This document shows positions 1 through 11,994 of a stretch of 32,000 nucleotides of DNA, piece by piece. The position numbers were made by a program, and so were the translations under genes. Each line of letters begins with the position of its first letter. Within the stretch, counting starts at the first letter, position 1. The stretch lies in the NCBI RefSeq assembly GCF_052908155.1, contig NZ_CM128601.1; one strand, 5' to 3'. A model generated the notes under the pieces. That model searched no databases. It saw nothing but the letters and a program-made list of their open reading frames with translations, and was not told the DNA's origin.

Positions 1-1092
1 ATCACCATGATCAGCGACTGGCTGGCCTATATGCTCAGCGGCGAACTGGCGGTGGATCCCTCTAACGCTGGCACCACGGGACTTCTTGATCTAACCACCC
101 GTGACTGGAAACCTGCATTGCTGGATATGGCCGGACTGCGGGCCGATATTCTTTCTCCTGTCAAAGAAACCGGCACATTGCTGGGCGTGGTAAGTTCACA
201 AGCGGCGGAACTCTGCGGTCTGAAGGCGGGCACTCCGGTGGTCGTTGGAGGAGGCGACGTGCAACTTGGTTGCCTGGGGTTAGGCGTTGTCCGTCCGGCA
301 CAAACCGCTGTTCTTGGCGGTACATTCTGGCAGCAAGTTGTAAACTTAGCCGCGCCGGTGACAGACCCAGAAATGAACGTGCGCGTTAATCCTCATGTTA
401 TTCCTGGCATGGTACAAGCTGAATCTATAAGCTTTTTTACCGGACTCACCATGCGCTGGTTCCGCGATGCTTTCTGTGCCGAAGAAAAACTGATTGCTGA
501 ACGTTTAGGCATCGACACCTATACGCTGCTTGAAGAGATGGCAAGTCGGGTGCCGCCTGGGTCGTGGGGGGTAATGCCGATATTCTCCGACAGAATGCGC
601 TTTAAAACCTGGTATCACGCTGCGCCTTCCTTTATTAATTTGTCTATTGATCCGGATAAATGTAACAAAGCGACATTGTTCCGTGCGCTGGAAGAAAATG
701 CGGCGATTGTATCAGCGTGTAATTTGCAACAAATCGCTGATTTCTCGAATATTCATCCTTCATCGTTAGTCTTTGCAGGCGGAGGTTCAAAAGGGAAATT
801 ATGGAGTCAAATTCTCGCTGATGTCTCGGGATTACCCGTCAATATTCCGGTAGTCAAAGAAGCCACCGCATTAGGATGTGCCATTGCAGCTGGCGTCGGT
901 GCCGGAATTTTTTCATCAATGGCAGAAACCGGAGAACGCCTGGTTCGCTGGGAACGAACGCACTCACCAGACCCGGAAAAGCATGAACTTTATCAGGATT
1001 CACGCGATAAGTGGCAGGCAGTTTATCAGGATCAGCTGGGGCTGGTTGATCATGGACTGACGACTTCGTTATGGAAAGCGCCTGGGTTATAG
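1..1092 (+). CDS. lsrK: autoinducer-2 kinase LsrK, C-terminal ~363 codons (5' end lies outside the window)
   Basis: The reading frame is open from base 1, in frame with the listed 7..1092 ORF. It shows FGGY carbohydrate-kinase C-terminal features ([18 protein letters not shown]...). The order lsrK / autotransporter / hipBA matches my memory of E. coli K-12. Confidence 0.85.
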   Translation: MTMISDWLAYMLSGELAVDPSNAGTTGLLDLTTRDWKPALLDMAGLRADILSPVKETGTLLGVVSSQAAELCGLKAGTPVVVGGGDVQLGCLGLGVVRPAQTAVLGGTFWQQVVNLAAPVTDPEMNVRVNPHVIPGMVQAESISFFTGLTMRWFRDAFCAEEKLIAERLGIDTYTLLEEMASRVPPGSWGVMPIFSDRMRFKTWYHAAPSFINLSIDPDKCNKATLFRALEENAAIVSACNLQQIADFSNIHPSSLVFAGGGSKGKLWSQILADVSGLPVNIPVVKEATALGCAIAAGVGAGIFSSMAETGERLVRWERTHSPDPEKHELYQDSRDKWQAVYQDQLGLVDHGLTTSLWKAPGL

Positions 1093-1100
1093 TTTCATTG

Positions 1101-1137
1101 ACAGCCACATCATGATGACCGTGGCTGTTAGTTTTTG
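1101..1137 (+). terminator. rho-independent terminator after lsrK
   Basis: An 8-bp stem ACAGCCAC (1101-1108) / GTGGCTGT (1121-1128) is followed by TAGTTTTT. Confidence 0.6.
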
Positions 1138-1622
1138 AGTATTGGTATTCTCATTTCCCTTCTTTTAGAGCTGGCTTGTTAAATGCCAGCTTGCAAATTC
1201 ATCGTTCCATCGCCAGTAATATATTCAAGGGGAAATTGCTATTTTTCTTAAAATATTAAGCATAACCATTATTTTATAGCGAATATTCCTAAAGGCATTA
1301 ATGGATGAAAAAGGGGTTTAATAAACTTCTTTTTTTAGCAATTAGTGCTATTCTTTGTTAAATATGATGATGATAATCTTCTTATTGAAAGAAACAGTTT
1401 TCTTATTAAGCAACAATAACTCATGGTTCATTTTTAAATAAAATAAGAACTATGCAATTTTTAATCTATCGATTCGAAAGTATTAGCAAATTAGCCAAAT
1501 TGACACCTTCCCACCTCCAACCAACACTCAATACAGACCTCTGACAACTTAATAAGTTTCATTTTTAACGTCTGATGACTCATCTCTTTCGTGGCTGTAT
1601 TGTTTGTATATGGAGCGTTTAT

Positions 1623-4600
1623 ATGAATAGAATCTATCGCGTGATATGGAATTGCACCCTACAGGTATTTCAGGCCTGCTCGGAATTAACTCGCAGGGTA
1701 GGTAAAACATCAACGGTTAAGTTACGGTACAGGCTCATTAAATATTACGGATAAGGGTTACGTCACGAGTTCAATAGTCGCCATTGTAGGATATCAGGCG
1801 AACAGTAATGGTAAGGTTGTCGTTGAAAAGGGTGGCGAGTGGCTAATAAAAAATAATGATTCCTCAATTGAATTTCAAATTGGTAATCAAGGGACGGGCG
1901 AAGCAACTATTCGCGATGGGGGGCTAATTACGGCTGAAAATACGATTATCGGTGGCAATCCCACCGGTATCGGAACCCTGAATGTGCAGGATCAAGACTC
2001 TGTCATCACGGTACGCAGACTCTATAATGGATATTTCGGTAATGGCACAGTCAATATTTCCAATAATGGACTGATTAATAATAAAGAATATTCATTGGTG
2101 GGCGTTCAGGACGGGTCCCACGGTGTCGTCAACGTGACCGATAAAGGGCATTGGAATTTCCTCGGAACGGGCGAAGCTTTCCGCTATATCTATATCGGTG
2201 ATGCTGGCGACGGTGAACTTAATGTCTCGAGTGAAGGCAAAGTAGATTCGGGAATTATCACTGCGGGGATGAAAGAAACAGGCACAGGCAACATTACTGT
2301 TAAGGATAAGAACTCCGTTATCACTAATCTCGGAACTAATCTTGGTTATGACGGCCACGGCGAAATGAATATCAGTAATGAGGGGCTTGTTGTCAGCAAC
2401 GGAGGAAGCTCACTCGGTTATGGAGAAACCGGCGTCGGGAAGGTTAGCATCACCACGGGGGGGATGTGGGAGGTCAATAAGAATGTCTATACCACTATTG
2501 GTGTTGCGGGCGTCGGAAACCTCAATATCAGCGATGGCGGTAAGTTCGTATCGCAAAATATTACTTTTTTGGGCGATAAAGCAAGCGGTATCGGCACACT
2601 GAACCTGATGGATGCGACATCATTGTTCGATACTGTAGGTATCAATGTCGGTAATTTTGGTAGCGGCATCGTAAATGTCAGTAATGGTGCCACTCTTAAT
2701 TCAACGGGCTATGGATTTATCGGAGGAAATGCCTCCGGTAAGGGGATAGTTAATATTTCAACGGATAGTCTCTGGAATTTAAAAACGTCATCTACTAACG
2801 CCCAATTGCTACAGGTCGGTGTATTAGGCACGGGTGAACTGAATATTACCACCGGAGGTATAGTTAAAGCGCGTGATACACAAATAGCTCTCAATGACAA
2901 AAGTAAGGGCGACGTGCGGGTGGATGGGCAGAACTCTCTTCTTGAAACATTCAATATGAACGTAGGGACGACAGGCACGGGTACGTTAACCCTGACGAAT
3001 AACGGTACGCTGAATGTCGAAGGTGGAGAAGTTTACTTAGGTGTTTTTGAGCCTGCTGTAGGAACGCTAAACATTGGTGCTGCTCACGGTGAGGCGGCGG
3101 CAGATGCCGGGTTTATCACCAATGCGACGAAAGTGGAGTTTGGTCTTGGCGAAGGCGTTTTTGTCTTTAATCATACCAATAACAGTGATGCCGGCTACCA
3201 GGTCGATATGCTGATTACGGGTGACGATAAAGACGGAAAAGTGATGCATGATGCAGGCCATACGGTGTTCAATGCAGGGAATACTTATAGCGGTAAAACG
3301 TTGGTCAATGGCGGCCTCCTGACCATTGCGTCACATACGGCAGATGGGGTAACAGGCATGGGGTCGAGTGAAGTAACCATTGCAAGCCCCGGTACGCTCG
3401 ACATTCTCGCATCAACGAACAGTGCAGGAGATTACACGCTGACCAATGCGCTCAAAGGCGATGGCTTGATGCGAGTGCAACTGTCATCCTCCGACAAAAT
3501 GTTTGGCTTTACCCATGCAGCAGGGACTGAATTCGCCGGTGTTGCCCAACTGAAAGACAGTACCTTCACACTGGAACGCGACAACACCGCTGCGCTTACT
3601 CACGCGATGCTGCAGTCTGACAGTGAAAATACCACATCGGTAAAAGTGGGAGAGCAATCCATTGGTGGACTAGCCATGAATGGCGGTACGCTCACTTTCG
3701 ATACGGATATACCTGCTGCGACGCTTGCGGAGGGATATATCAGCGTCGATACGCTGGTTGTCGGCGCGGGTGACTACACCTGGAAAGGCCGTAACTATCA
3801 GGTAAACGGGATGGGCGACGTGCTTATCGACGTGCCTAAACCGTGGAATGATCCCATGGCGAATAACCCTCTGACGACGCTCAATTTGCTGGAACACGAT
3901 GATAGTCATGTCGGCGTTCAACTGGTGAAGGCGCAAATGGTTATTGGGTCGGGTGGCTCATTAACGTTACGTGATTTACAGGGCGACGAGGTGGAAGCGG
4001 ACAAAACGTTACGTATTGCACAAAACGGGACAGTGGTCGCCGAGGGTGATTATGGATTCCGCCTCACGACCGCACCTGGTGATGGTTTGTATGTTAACTA
4101 TGGGCTGAAAGCGCTGAACATCCATGGTGGGCAAAAGCTGACGTTAGCCGAACATGGCGGAGTCTATGGCGCAACGGCCGATATGTCGGCAAAAATCGGT
4201 GGTGAAGGGGATCTGGCAATCAATACGGTGCGACAGGTTTCGCTTTCCAACGGTCAGAACGACTATCAGGGGGCAACCTACGTTCAGATGGGGACATTAC
4301 GTACCGATGCGGATGGCGCGCTGGGCAATACTCGGGAACTGAACATCAGCAACGCGGCCATCGTCGATCTTAATGGATCGGCCCAGACGGTAGAGACATT
4401 CACCGGGCTGATGGGTTCGACTGTTTTGTTTAAAGAGGGGTCGCTGACGGTGAATAAAGGTGGGATCAGTCAGGGCGAACTGACAGGTGGCGGAAACCTG
4501 AATGTTACAGGGGGAACACTGGCTATCGAGGGGCTTAATGCACGCTACAATGCCTTAACCAGCATTAGCCCAAATGCGGAAGTCAGCCTCGACAATACGC

Positions 4601-6564
4601 AGGGGTTAGGCAGAGGAAATATTGCTAGTGACGGTCTGTTAACGCTAAAAAACGTGACCGGCGAACTGCGTAATAGCATAAGCGGGAAGGGTATCGTGAG
4701 CGCAACCGCCAGGACAGACGTAGAGCTGAATGGCGATAATAGCCGCTTTGTGGGGCAATTCAACATTGATACAGGCAGCGCGCTCAGCGTCAACGAGCAG
4801 AAAAACCTGGGTGATGCTTCCGTTATCAATAATGGCCTGCTCACCATCGCCACTGAGCGTAGCTGGGCGATGACGCACAGTATCACCGGTAGCGGCGATG
4901 TGACAAAACTGGGGACCGAGATCCTGACTCTTAACAACGATTCCGCGGCGTATCAGGGTACGACGGATATCGTGGGTGGTGAAATTGCTTTCGGTTCCGA
5001 CTCTGCCATTAATATGGCAAGTCAGCACATTAATATCCATAACAGCGGTGTGATGTCGGGAAATGTCACCACTGCAGGTGATGTGAACGTTATGCCAGGG
5101 GGGACACTGCGTGTCGCTAAAACCACTGTCGGCGGTAACCTGGAGAATGGTGGCACGGTTCAAATGAACAGCGAAGGGGGGAAACCGGGGAATGTACTGA
5201 CCGTTAACGGTAACTATACCGGAAACAATGGCCTGATGACGTTCAACGCGACGCTGGGCGGCGATAATTCGCCCACCGATAAGATGAACGTGAAAGGCGA
5301 TACCCAAGGGAACACTCGCGTTCGGGTTGATAACATTGGCGGCGTCGGTGCACAAACGGTCAACGGTATTGAACTCATTGAGGTTGGCGGTAATTCTGCA
5401 GGTAACTTCGCGCTGACCACCGGAACTGTCGAAGCTGGGGCTTACGTCTACACGCTGGCTAAAGGGAAGGGGAATGACGAGAAAAACTGGTATCTGACCA
5501 GTAAATGGGACGGCGTAACGCCAGCGGATACACCCGATCCCATCAATAATCCCCCTGTTGTGGATCCGGAAGGCCCATCAGTTTATCGCCCGGAGGCCGG
5601 AAGCTATATCAGCAACATTGCCGCAGCCAACTCGCTGTTTAGCCATCGATTACACGACCGTCTGGGTGAGCCGCAGTATACAGATTCACTGCGAGTTCAG
5701 GATTCGGCAACCAATATGTGGATGCGTCATGTCGGAGGGCACGAACGTTTCAGGACCGGTGACGGCCAGCTAAATACTCAGGCTAACCGCTATGTATTGC
5801 AGCTAGGAGGCGATTTGGCGCAGTGGAGTAGCAACGCGCAGGATCGCTGGCATCTTGGCGTGATGGCAGGCTACGCCAATCAGCACAGTAATACTCAGAG
5901 TAATCGTGTGGGTTATAAATCGGATGGGCGCATCAGCGGTTACAGCGCTGGGATGTACGCGACCTGGTATCAGGACGATGCGAATAAGACCGGCGCTTAT
6001 GTTGACAGCTGGGCGCTGTATAACTGGTTTGATAACAGCGTCAGTTCCGATAACCGTTCTGCTGACGACTATGATTCTCGCGGTGTGACGGCCTCTGTTG
6101 AGGGTGGGTATACCTTTGAAGCGGGAACATTTAGCGGCAGCGAAGGGACGCTGAATACCTGGTACGTCCAGCCACAGGTGCAAATCACCTGGATGGGTGT
6201 GAAAGATTCTGACCATATCCGGAAAGACGGAACACGCATTGAAACAGAAGGCGACGGAAACGTGCAAACGCGACTTGGGGTGAAAACCTACCTGAACAGC
6301 CATCACCAGCGTGACGATGGTAAAGAGCGTGAGTTCCAGCCTTACATTGAAGCGAACTGGATCAACAATAGCGAAGTCTACGCCGTGAAGATGAATGGTC
6401 AAACCGTAAGCCGTGATGGTGCGCGTAATCTCGGTGAAGTACGTACCGGAGTTGAGGCGAAAGTAAATAACAACCTTAGCCTGTGGGGGAATGTCGGTGT
6501 GCAACTAGGTGATAAAGGCTATAGCGATACTCAGGGCATGCTGGGTGTGAAATATAGCTGGTAA
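1623..6564 (+). pseudogene. yneO: AIDA-I/Ag43-type autotransporter adhesin (yneO/ydeK-like); signal-peptide region disconnected from the passenger by a frame break
   Basis: ATG 1623 encodes an extended autotransporter signal peptide region (MNRIYRVIWNCTLQVFQACSELTRR...). It stops at TAA 1752-1754 after 43 codons. The passenger frame is a different frame, open only from 1702, and runs to 6564. The listed GTG at 1984 is an internal codon: in-frame upstream sequence already reads GSLNITDKGYVTSS... Repetitive G-x-G-x-L-N-I/V passenger motifs are present and the C-terminal beta-barrel ends GVKYSW. Confidence 0.7.
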
Positions 6565-6571
6565 ACCGTAT

Positions 6572-6600
6572 AAGCCGCATGTCGAAGATGCATGCGGCTT
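6572..6600 (+). terminator. hairpin downstream of the autotransporter (possible terminator)
   Basis: A 10-bp perfect stem AAGCCGCATG / CATGCGGCTT with a 9-nt loop starts 8 nt after the stop codon. There is no clear U-tract on the + strand. Confidence 0.45.
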
Positions 6601-6639
6601 AATATTGCCGACTTCAAACGACTTTTAAATCCTCCTTTT

Positions 6640-6753
6640 TATCCGCGATCGCGGATATCACAGCGTTTATCCCGTAGAGCGGATAAGATGTGTTTCCTGA
6701 TTGACTTTATCCCCACTAAAGGATAAAACTGATAATATCCCCTTGAGCGGATA
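6640..6753 (+). promoter_or_regulatory. hipBA promoter-operator region with four HipB operators
   Basis: Four copies of TATCC-N8-GGATA lie at 6640-6657, 6668-6685, 6708-6725 and 6736-6753, immediately upstream of hipB. This matches the known hipBA operator consensus. Confidence 0.85.
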
Positions 6754-6774
6754 AATATGCTGTGGACGTATGAC

Positions 6775-7041
6775 ATGATGAGCTTTCAGAAGATCTATAG
6801 CCCAACGCAATTAGCGAATGCAATGAAACTGGTTCGTCAGCAAAATGGCTGGACGCAGAGCGAACTGGCGAAAAAAATCGGTATTAAGCAGGCGACAATT
6901 TCCAATTTCGAAAACAACCCTGACAATACCACGCTCATGACATTTTTTAAGATTTTACAGTCGCTTGAACTCTCAATGACGCTATGCGACACGAAAAATG
7001 CCTCGCCAGAATCAACAGAACAGCAAGATCTGGAGTGGTAA
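6775..7041 (+). CDS. hipB: HipB antitoxin / Xre-type HTH repressor (88 aa)
   Basis: The translation MMSFQKIYSPTQLANAMKLVRQQNGWTQSELAKKIGIKQATISNFEN... matches HipB as I recall it. I chose the start at ATG 6775 rather than the upstream 6757 because it gives the 88-aa length. The stop overlaps the hipA ATG (TAATG). Confidence 0.9.
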   Translation: MMSFQKIYSPTQLANAMKLVRQQNGWTQSELAKKIGIKQATISNFENNPDNTTLMTFFKILQSLELSMTLCDTKNASPESTEQQDLEW

Positions 7042-8363
7042 TGCCTAAACTTGTCACTTGGATGAACAACCAGCGGGTAGGCGAGTTAACGAAGTTAGCC
7101 AATGGCGCGCACACCTTTAAGTATGCACCGGAGTGGTTAGCTAACCGTTATGCCAGACCGTTGTCACTTTCGCTGCCATTGCAGAGGGGGAATATCACCT
7201 CTGATGCCGTATTTAACTTCTTCGATAACCTGTTACCCGATAGCCCGATTGTACGTGACCGGATCGTTAAACGTTATCATGCTAAATCCAGACAACCGTT
7301 TGATTTATTGTCAGAAATAGGGCGAGATAGCGTTGGTGCCGTAACGTTATTACCCGAAAATGAAACCATAACGCGCCCGATAATGGCATGGGAACAGCTC
7401 ACTGAAGCCAGGCTTGAAGAAGTATTAACGGCTTATAAAGCAGATATCCCTCTGGGCATGATTAGAGAAGAAAATGACTTTCGCATCTCGGTTGCTGGCG
7501 CGCAGGAGAAGACAGCGCTGCTCAGAATAGGCAATGACTGGTGCATTCCGAAAGGAATAACGCCGACGACGCACATCATTAAATTACCGATTGGCGAAAT
7601 CAGGCAGCCCAATGCGACGCTCGATCTCAGCCAAAGCGTTGATAATGAGTATTACTGTCTGCTGCTGGCGAAAGAACTTGGGTTGAATGTGCCGAACGCA
7701 GAAATCATTAAAGCGGGAAATGTGCGCGCGTTAGCGGTCGAACGTTTTGACAGGCGTTGGAATGCTGAGCGAACGGTTTTACTTCGCTTGCCACAGGAGG
7801 ATATGTGTCAGACATTTGGTTTACCTTCATCGGTGAAATATGAATCAGATGGAGGCCCAGGCATCGCGCGGATCATGGCTTTTTTGATGGGGTCCAGCGA
7901 GGCGCTTCGCGATCGCTATGATTTTATGAAGTTTCAGGTGTTCCAGTGGTTGATTGGCGCAACGGATGGCCATGCAAAAAACTTCTCCGTATTTATTCAG
8001 GCTGGCGGCAGTTATCGACTCACGCCATTTTACGACATCATTTCAGCATTTCCGGTATTGGGTGGCGCAGGAATACACATCAGCGATCTCAAACTGGCAA
8101 TGGGGCTTAACGCATCCAAAGGCAAAAAAACGGCAATCGATAAAATTTATCCGCGACATTTTCTGGCGACAGCAAAGGTGCTGAAATTTCCGGAAGTGCA
8201 GATGCATGAAATCCTGAGTGACTTTGCCAGAATGATTCCGGCAGCACTGGATAACGTGAAGACTTCATTACCGACAGATTTTCCGGAGAACGTGGTGACG
8301 GCAGTTGAAACCAATGTGTTGAGGTTGCATGGACGGTTAAGCCGAGAATACGGTAGTAAGTGA
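7041..8363 (+). CDS. hipA: HipA serine/threonine kinase toxin (440 aa)
   Basis: MPKLVTWMNNQRVGELTKLANGAHTFKYAPEWL... is the HipA N-terminus. The catalytic region ATDGHAKNF and PFYDIIS are present. The start is coupled to the hipB stop. The listed ORF start at 6984 is an in-frame upstream extension. Confidence 0.9.
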   Translation: MPKLVTWMNNQRVGELTKLANGAHTFKYAPEWLANRYARPLSLSLPLQRGNITSDAVFNFFDNLLPDSPIVRDRIVKRYHAKSRQPFDLLSEIGRDSVGAVTLLPENETITRPIMAWEQLTEARLEEVLTAYKADIPLGMIREENDFRISVAGAQEKTALLRIGNDWCIPKGITPTTHIIKLPIGEIRQPNATLDLSQSVDNEYYCLLLAKELGLNVPNAEIIKAGNVRALAVERFDRRWNAERTVLLRLPQEDMCQTFGLPSSVKYESDGGPGIARIMAFLMGSSEALRDRYDFMKFQVFQWLIGATDGHAKNFSVFIQAGGSYRLTPFYDIISAFPVLGGAGIHISDLKLAMGLNASKGKKTAIDKIYPRHFLATAKVLKFPEVQMHEILSDFARMIPAALDNVKTSLPTDFPENVVTAVETNVLRLHGRLSREYGSK

Positions 8364-8439
8364 GATATGGGGTTTGGTCGTTGTTAATGAGCACGACAAT
8401 CATGACCGCCAACGACTGGATTCTTCCTTGGTTTATGTT

Positions 8440-8532
8440 GGTGCGCATAATGTGACACGCGTTATGTTGAAAAGGCCGCTGCGATACTTTCCACCGCAGC
8501 GGCCTTTTTATACATAACGCCATTGTGCGCAC
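8440..8532 (+). other. left junction: hybrid dif/attP forked hairpin (chromosomal XerC arm + phage central region + inverted second dif-like site)
   Basis: The site reads GGTGCGCATAA (8440-8450, canonical dif XerC arm), then TGTGACACGCG, then TTATGTTGAAA (XerD-like arm). A 10-bp stem follows: GGCCGCTGCG (8474-8483) / CGCAGCGGCC (8495-8504). After it comes an inverted dif-like site (reverse complement GTGCGCACAATGGCGTTATGTATAAA) ending at 8532. The two arms pair, leaving TGACAC bulged. Confidence 0.8.
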
Positions 8533-8542
8533 TGTTGTGTAT

Positions 8543-8683
8543 TCAGTCGTTGCTTCTGTTGATTTTATTGTGTGCCCTCAGGACGATTGGCAACACTATT
8601 GTTATGACGCTGAACAAAAACATGCCGAACAGACTACCGGCAATCAGGTATTTCATTAGTAAATCCAGAATCATGTCGTGCAT
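8543..8683 (-). CDS. small hydrophobic membrane protein (46 aa), below the ORF-track cutoff
   Basis: My manual translation is MHDMILDLLMKYLIAGSLFGMFLFSVITIVLPIVLRAHNKINRSND. It is about 50% identical, with conservative changes, to a 51-aa ORF at the equivalent position of E2 (11549..11704), although the DNA has diverged. The RBS is weak. Confidence 0.55.
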   Translation of the reverse strand: MHDMILDLLMKYLIAGSLFGMFLFSVITIVLPIVLRAHNKINRSND

Positions 8684-8734
8684 GGTTTTTCTGAGCTGAT
8701 GTTGTTAATCCTGTCGGGACTCTACATTCCTTTA

Positions 8735-8968
<234 letters not shown>

Positions 8969-9024
8969 TTAAACCGTATCCTTTCGATCCTTCGCGGGTA
9001 GTCTGCTGAATGCAGGAAAAGGGA

Positions 9025-9240
9025 TCACATTGCCTTTTTTTTCTTAAGTTCTTCTTTGCTTATTAGATCTTTCACCGCATCATCTAAGTAGTTGTCTATT
9101 AAGTGGTTTACTATCTCTGATGGTTTTAGTAGCTCACCTGTTTTATTACCGATTTCCAGCACTCTTCGTTTTAGCTCCAGTTTTCTGTTTTCGTTAATCC
9201 TTACGGTTGTGTCTCCGCGCTTTGTTTCTTTTTTCATCAA
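9025..9240 (-). CDS. ribbon-helix-helix (CopG/Arc-like) regulator, 71 aa
   Basis: The pattern TTVRINENRKLELKRRVLEIGNKTGELLKPSEIVNHLIDNYL fits strand-helix-turn-helix. It is 66/71 identical to the E2 ORF 11991..12206. An SD (GAGGTAAA) lies upstream. The gene is divergent from the Rep operon. Confidence 0.7.
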   Translation of the reverse strand: MMKKETKRGDTTVRINENRKLELKRRVLEIGNKTGELLKPSEIVNHLIDNYLDDAVKDLISKEELKKKKAM

Positions 9241-9291
9241 AATTTACCTCTATGTCCTTTCAATAGAAGGTGATTATTCCATTTTTTTTAC

Positions 9292-9353
9292 ACCCGCATA
9301 GCGCATGCGTATTTACAGCACGCATTAAATGTGATTATGATGCGCGCATGCGG
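9292..9353. promoter_or_regulatory. candidate operator/origin region of E1 (paired near-palindromic GCGCATGCG motifs)
   Basis: GCGCATGCG occurs at 9301-9309 and 9345-9353, 44 bp apart. Each copy sits inside a local palindrome (CGCATGCG; ATGCGCGCAT). The motifs lie in the divergent intergenic region between the RHH gene and the Rep operon. Confidence 0.4.
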
Positions 9354-9356
9354 TAA

Positions 9357-10768
<1,412 letters not shown>

Positions 10769-10821
10769 GGTGGTTCTATGAAAAATGAGACTTTAAAGAT
10801 AGTTTTTGTTCAATTTGGTAA

Positions 10822-11190
<369 letters not shown>

Positions 11191-11449
11191 TGCCGCAACG
11201 CGGCATGTAAGGCGGCATGATGATGTTTCATGTGATGCAGCTGCCTGACCGCCGAAGCCAGGGAGAAATTACAGAGCAGCAGGAGACAGCGCAACGCGCT
11301 TCCTGCCAGGCCGCTTTTAAAGGGCAGCTATCGAGACGAACGACGCAAGGCGTGAGTCGTCCATGCATTGATGTGGCCAGTTGATGAAATTGATGGGTTA
11401 CAGCAATTCTGGTGATGACTGGCCTTCGGTTTTCATCAGTCCTGATAAC

Positions 11450-11542
11450 AGTGCGCATAATGTGACACGCGTTATGTTGAAAAGGCCGCTGCGATACTCT
11501 CCACCGCAGCGGCCTTTTTATACATAACGTCATTGTGCGCAC
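11450..11542 (+). other. second copy of the attP forked hairpin (E1/E2 junction)
   Basis: It matches 8440-8532 except for 3 positions: the first base is A instead of G, 11499 is C where 8489 is T, and 11530 is T where 8520 is C. It has the same XerC-like arm, bulged central region, XerD-like arm, stem-loop and inverted site. Confidence 0.8.
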
Positions 11543-11548
11543 TGAACC

Positions 11549-11704
11549 TTAAAGGATTTCAGTGTCCTTACTTAGTTTGTTGTGTATGGTCATCACCAAC
11601 GGTGGGACAAGCGTTATCAGGCTGAATATTGTCATGCCTGTGATGCTGCCAACAACAAAATGCTTTATCAGCAGGTCAAGAATTAAGTCACTGGTTGTCT
11701 GCAT
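11549..11704 (-). CDS. small hydrophobic membrane protein (51 aa), homolog of 8543..8683
   Basis: My manual translation is MQTTSDLILDLLIKHFVVGSITGMTIFSLITLVPPLVMTIHNKLSKDTEIL. The stop lies 6 nt from the end of the attP hairpin, the same position and strand as the E1 copy. Confidence 0.55.
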   Translation of the reverse strand: MQTTSDLILDLLIKHFVVGSITGMTIFSLITLVPPLVMTIHNKLSKDTEIL

Positions 11705-11745
11705 ATTGCTTCTAGCAATCTTCGTATCGATAGGTAACTATAATG

Positions 11746-11994
11746 TTATTTTTTTGTTGCATCCGTCTTTGCAAATTTCCTGTAGTCATCTTCTGTTATA
11801 GACTCCAGTCCTTTTGCGATTATCCATTCTAAAACTTTGGTATCTTTTACTGGTATTGCCAGTGTTGTTACCACTTTTACAGTTTCTTTCTCTACCTTTC
11901 TCCATAAAATATCGTTTATGTGCTTTGTTGGCATTTTTACTACCTCTGTTTGATCTTTTTCAGCCCGTCTGTTCGATGCCGGGAAAGGAATCAC
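11746..11994 (-). CDS. small RHH-like protein; the true start is probably the internal ATG at 11934 (62 aa)
   Basis: A GAGG SD lies 9 nt upstream of the internal ATG (MPTKHINDILWRKVEKETVKVV...). The GTG start at 11994 overlaps the stop of the upstream 71-aa gene (GTGA). Confidence 0.5.
   Translation of the reverse strand: MIPFPASNRRAEKDQTEVVKMPTKHINDILWRKVEKETVKVVTTLAIPVKDTKVLEWIIAKGLESITEDDYRKFAKTDATKK

Noticed and set aside
2092-6504. Numerous antisense or alternative-frame ORFs inside the autotransporter (for example 4645..5355, 5803..6504, 4545..4937 and 3670..3936)
   Set aside because: These are shadow ORFs of a long, repeat-rich, stop-poor coding region. Their compositions are unprotein-like and they lie entirely within a well-supported gene.
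7041-8363. Whether hipA carries the high-persistence hipA7 changes
   Set aside because: Position 22 is Gly (wild type). I could not count reliably to position 291 by eye, so I make no claim. The catalytic motifs look intact.
8107-8532. A 141-aa minus-strand ORF, and its look-alike 11228..11542 (104 aa), which share the N-terminus MRTM(A/T)LCIKRPLRW(K/R)VSQRPFQHNACHIMRT
   Set aside because: The shared N-terminus is just the duplicated attP hairpin read as protein. The first ORF then runs antisense through the hipA 3' end and the second runs through non-homologous DNA. There is no RBS, and the two have no common sequence beyond the repeat.
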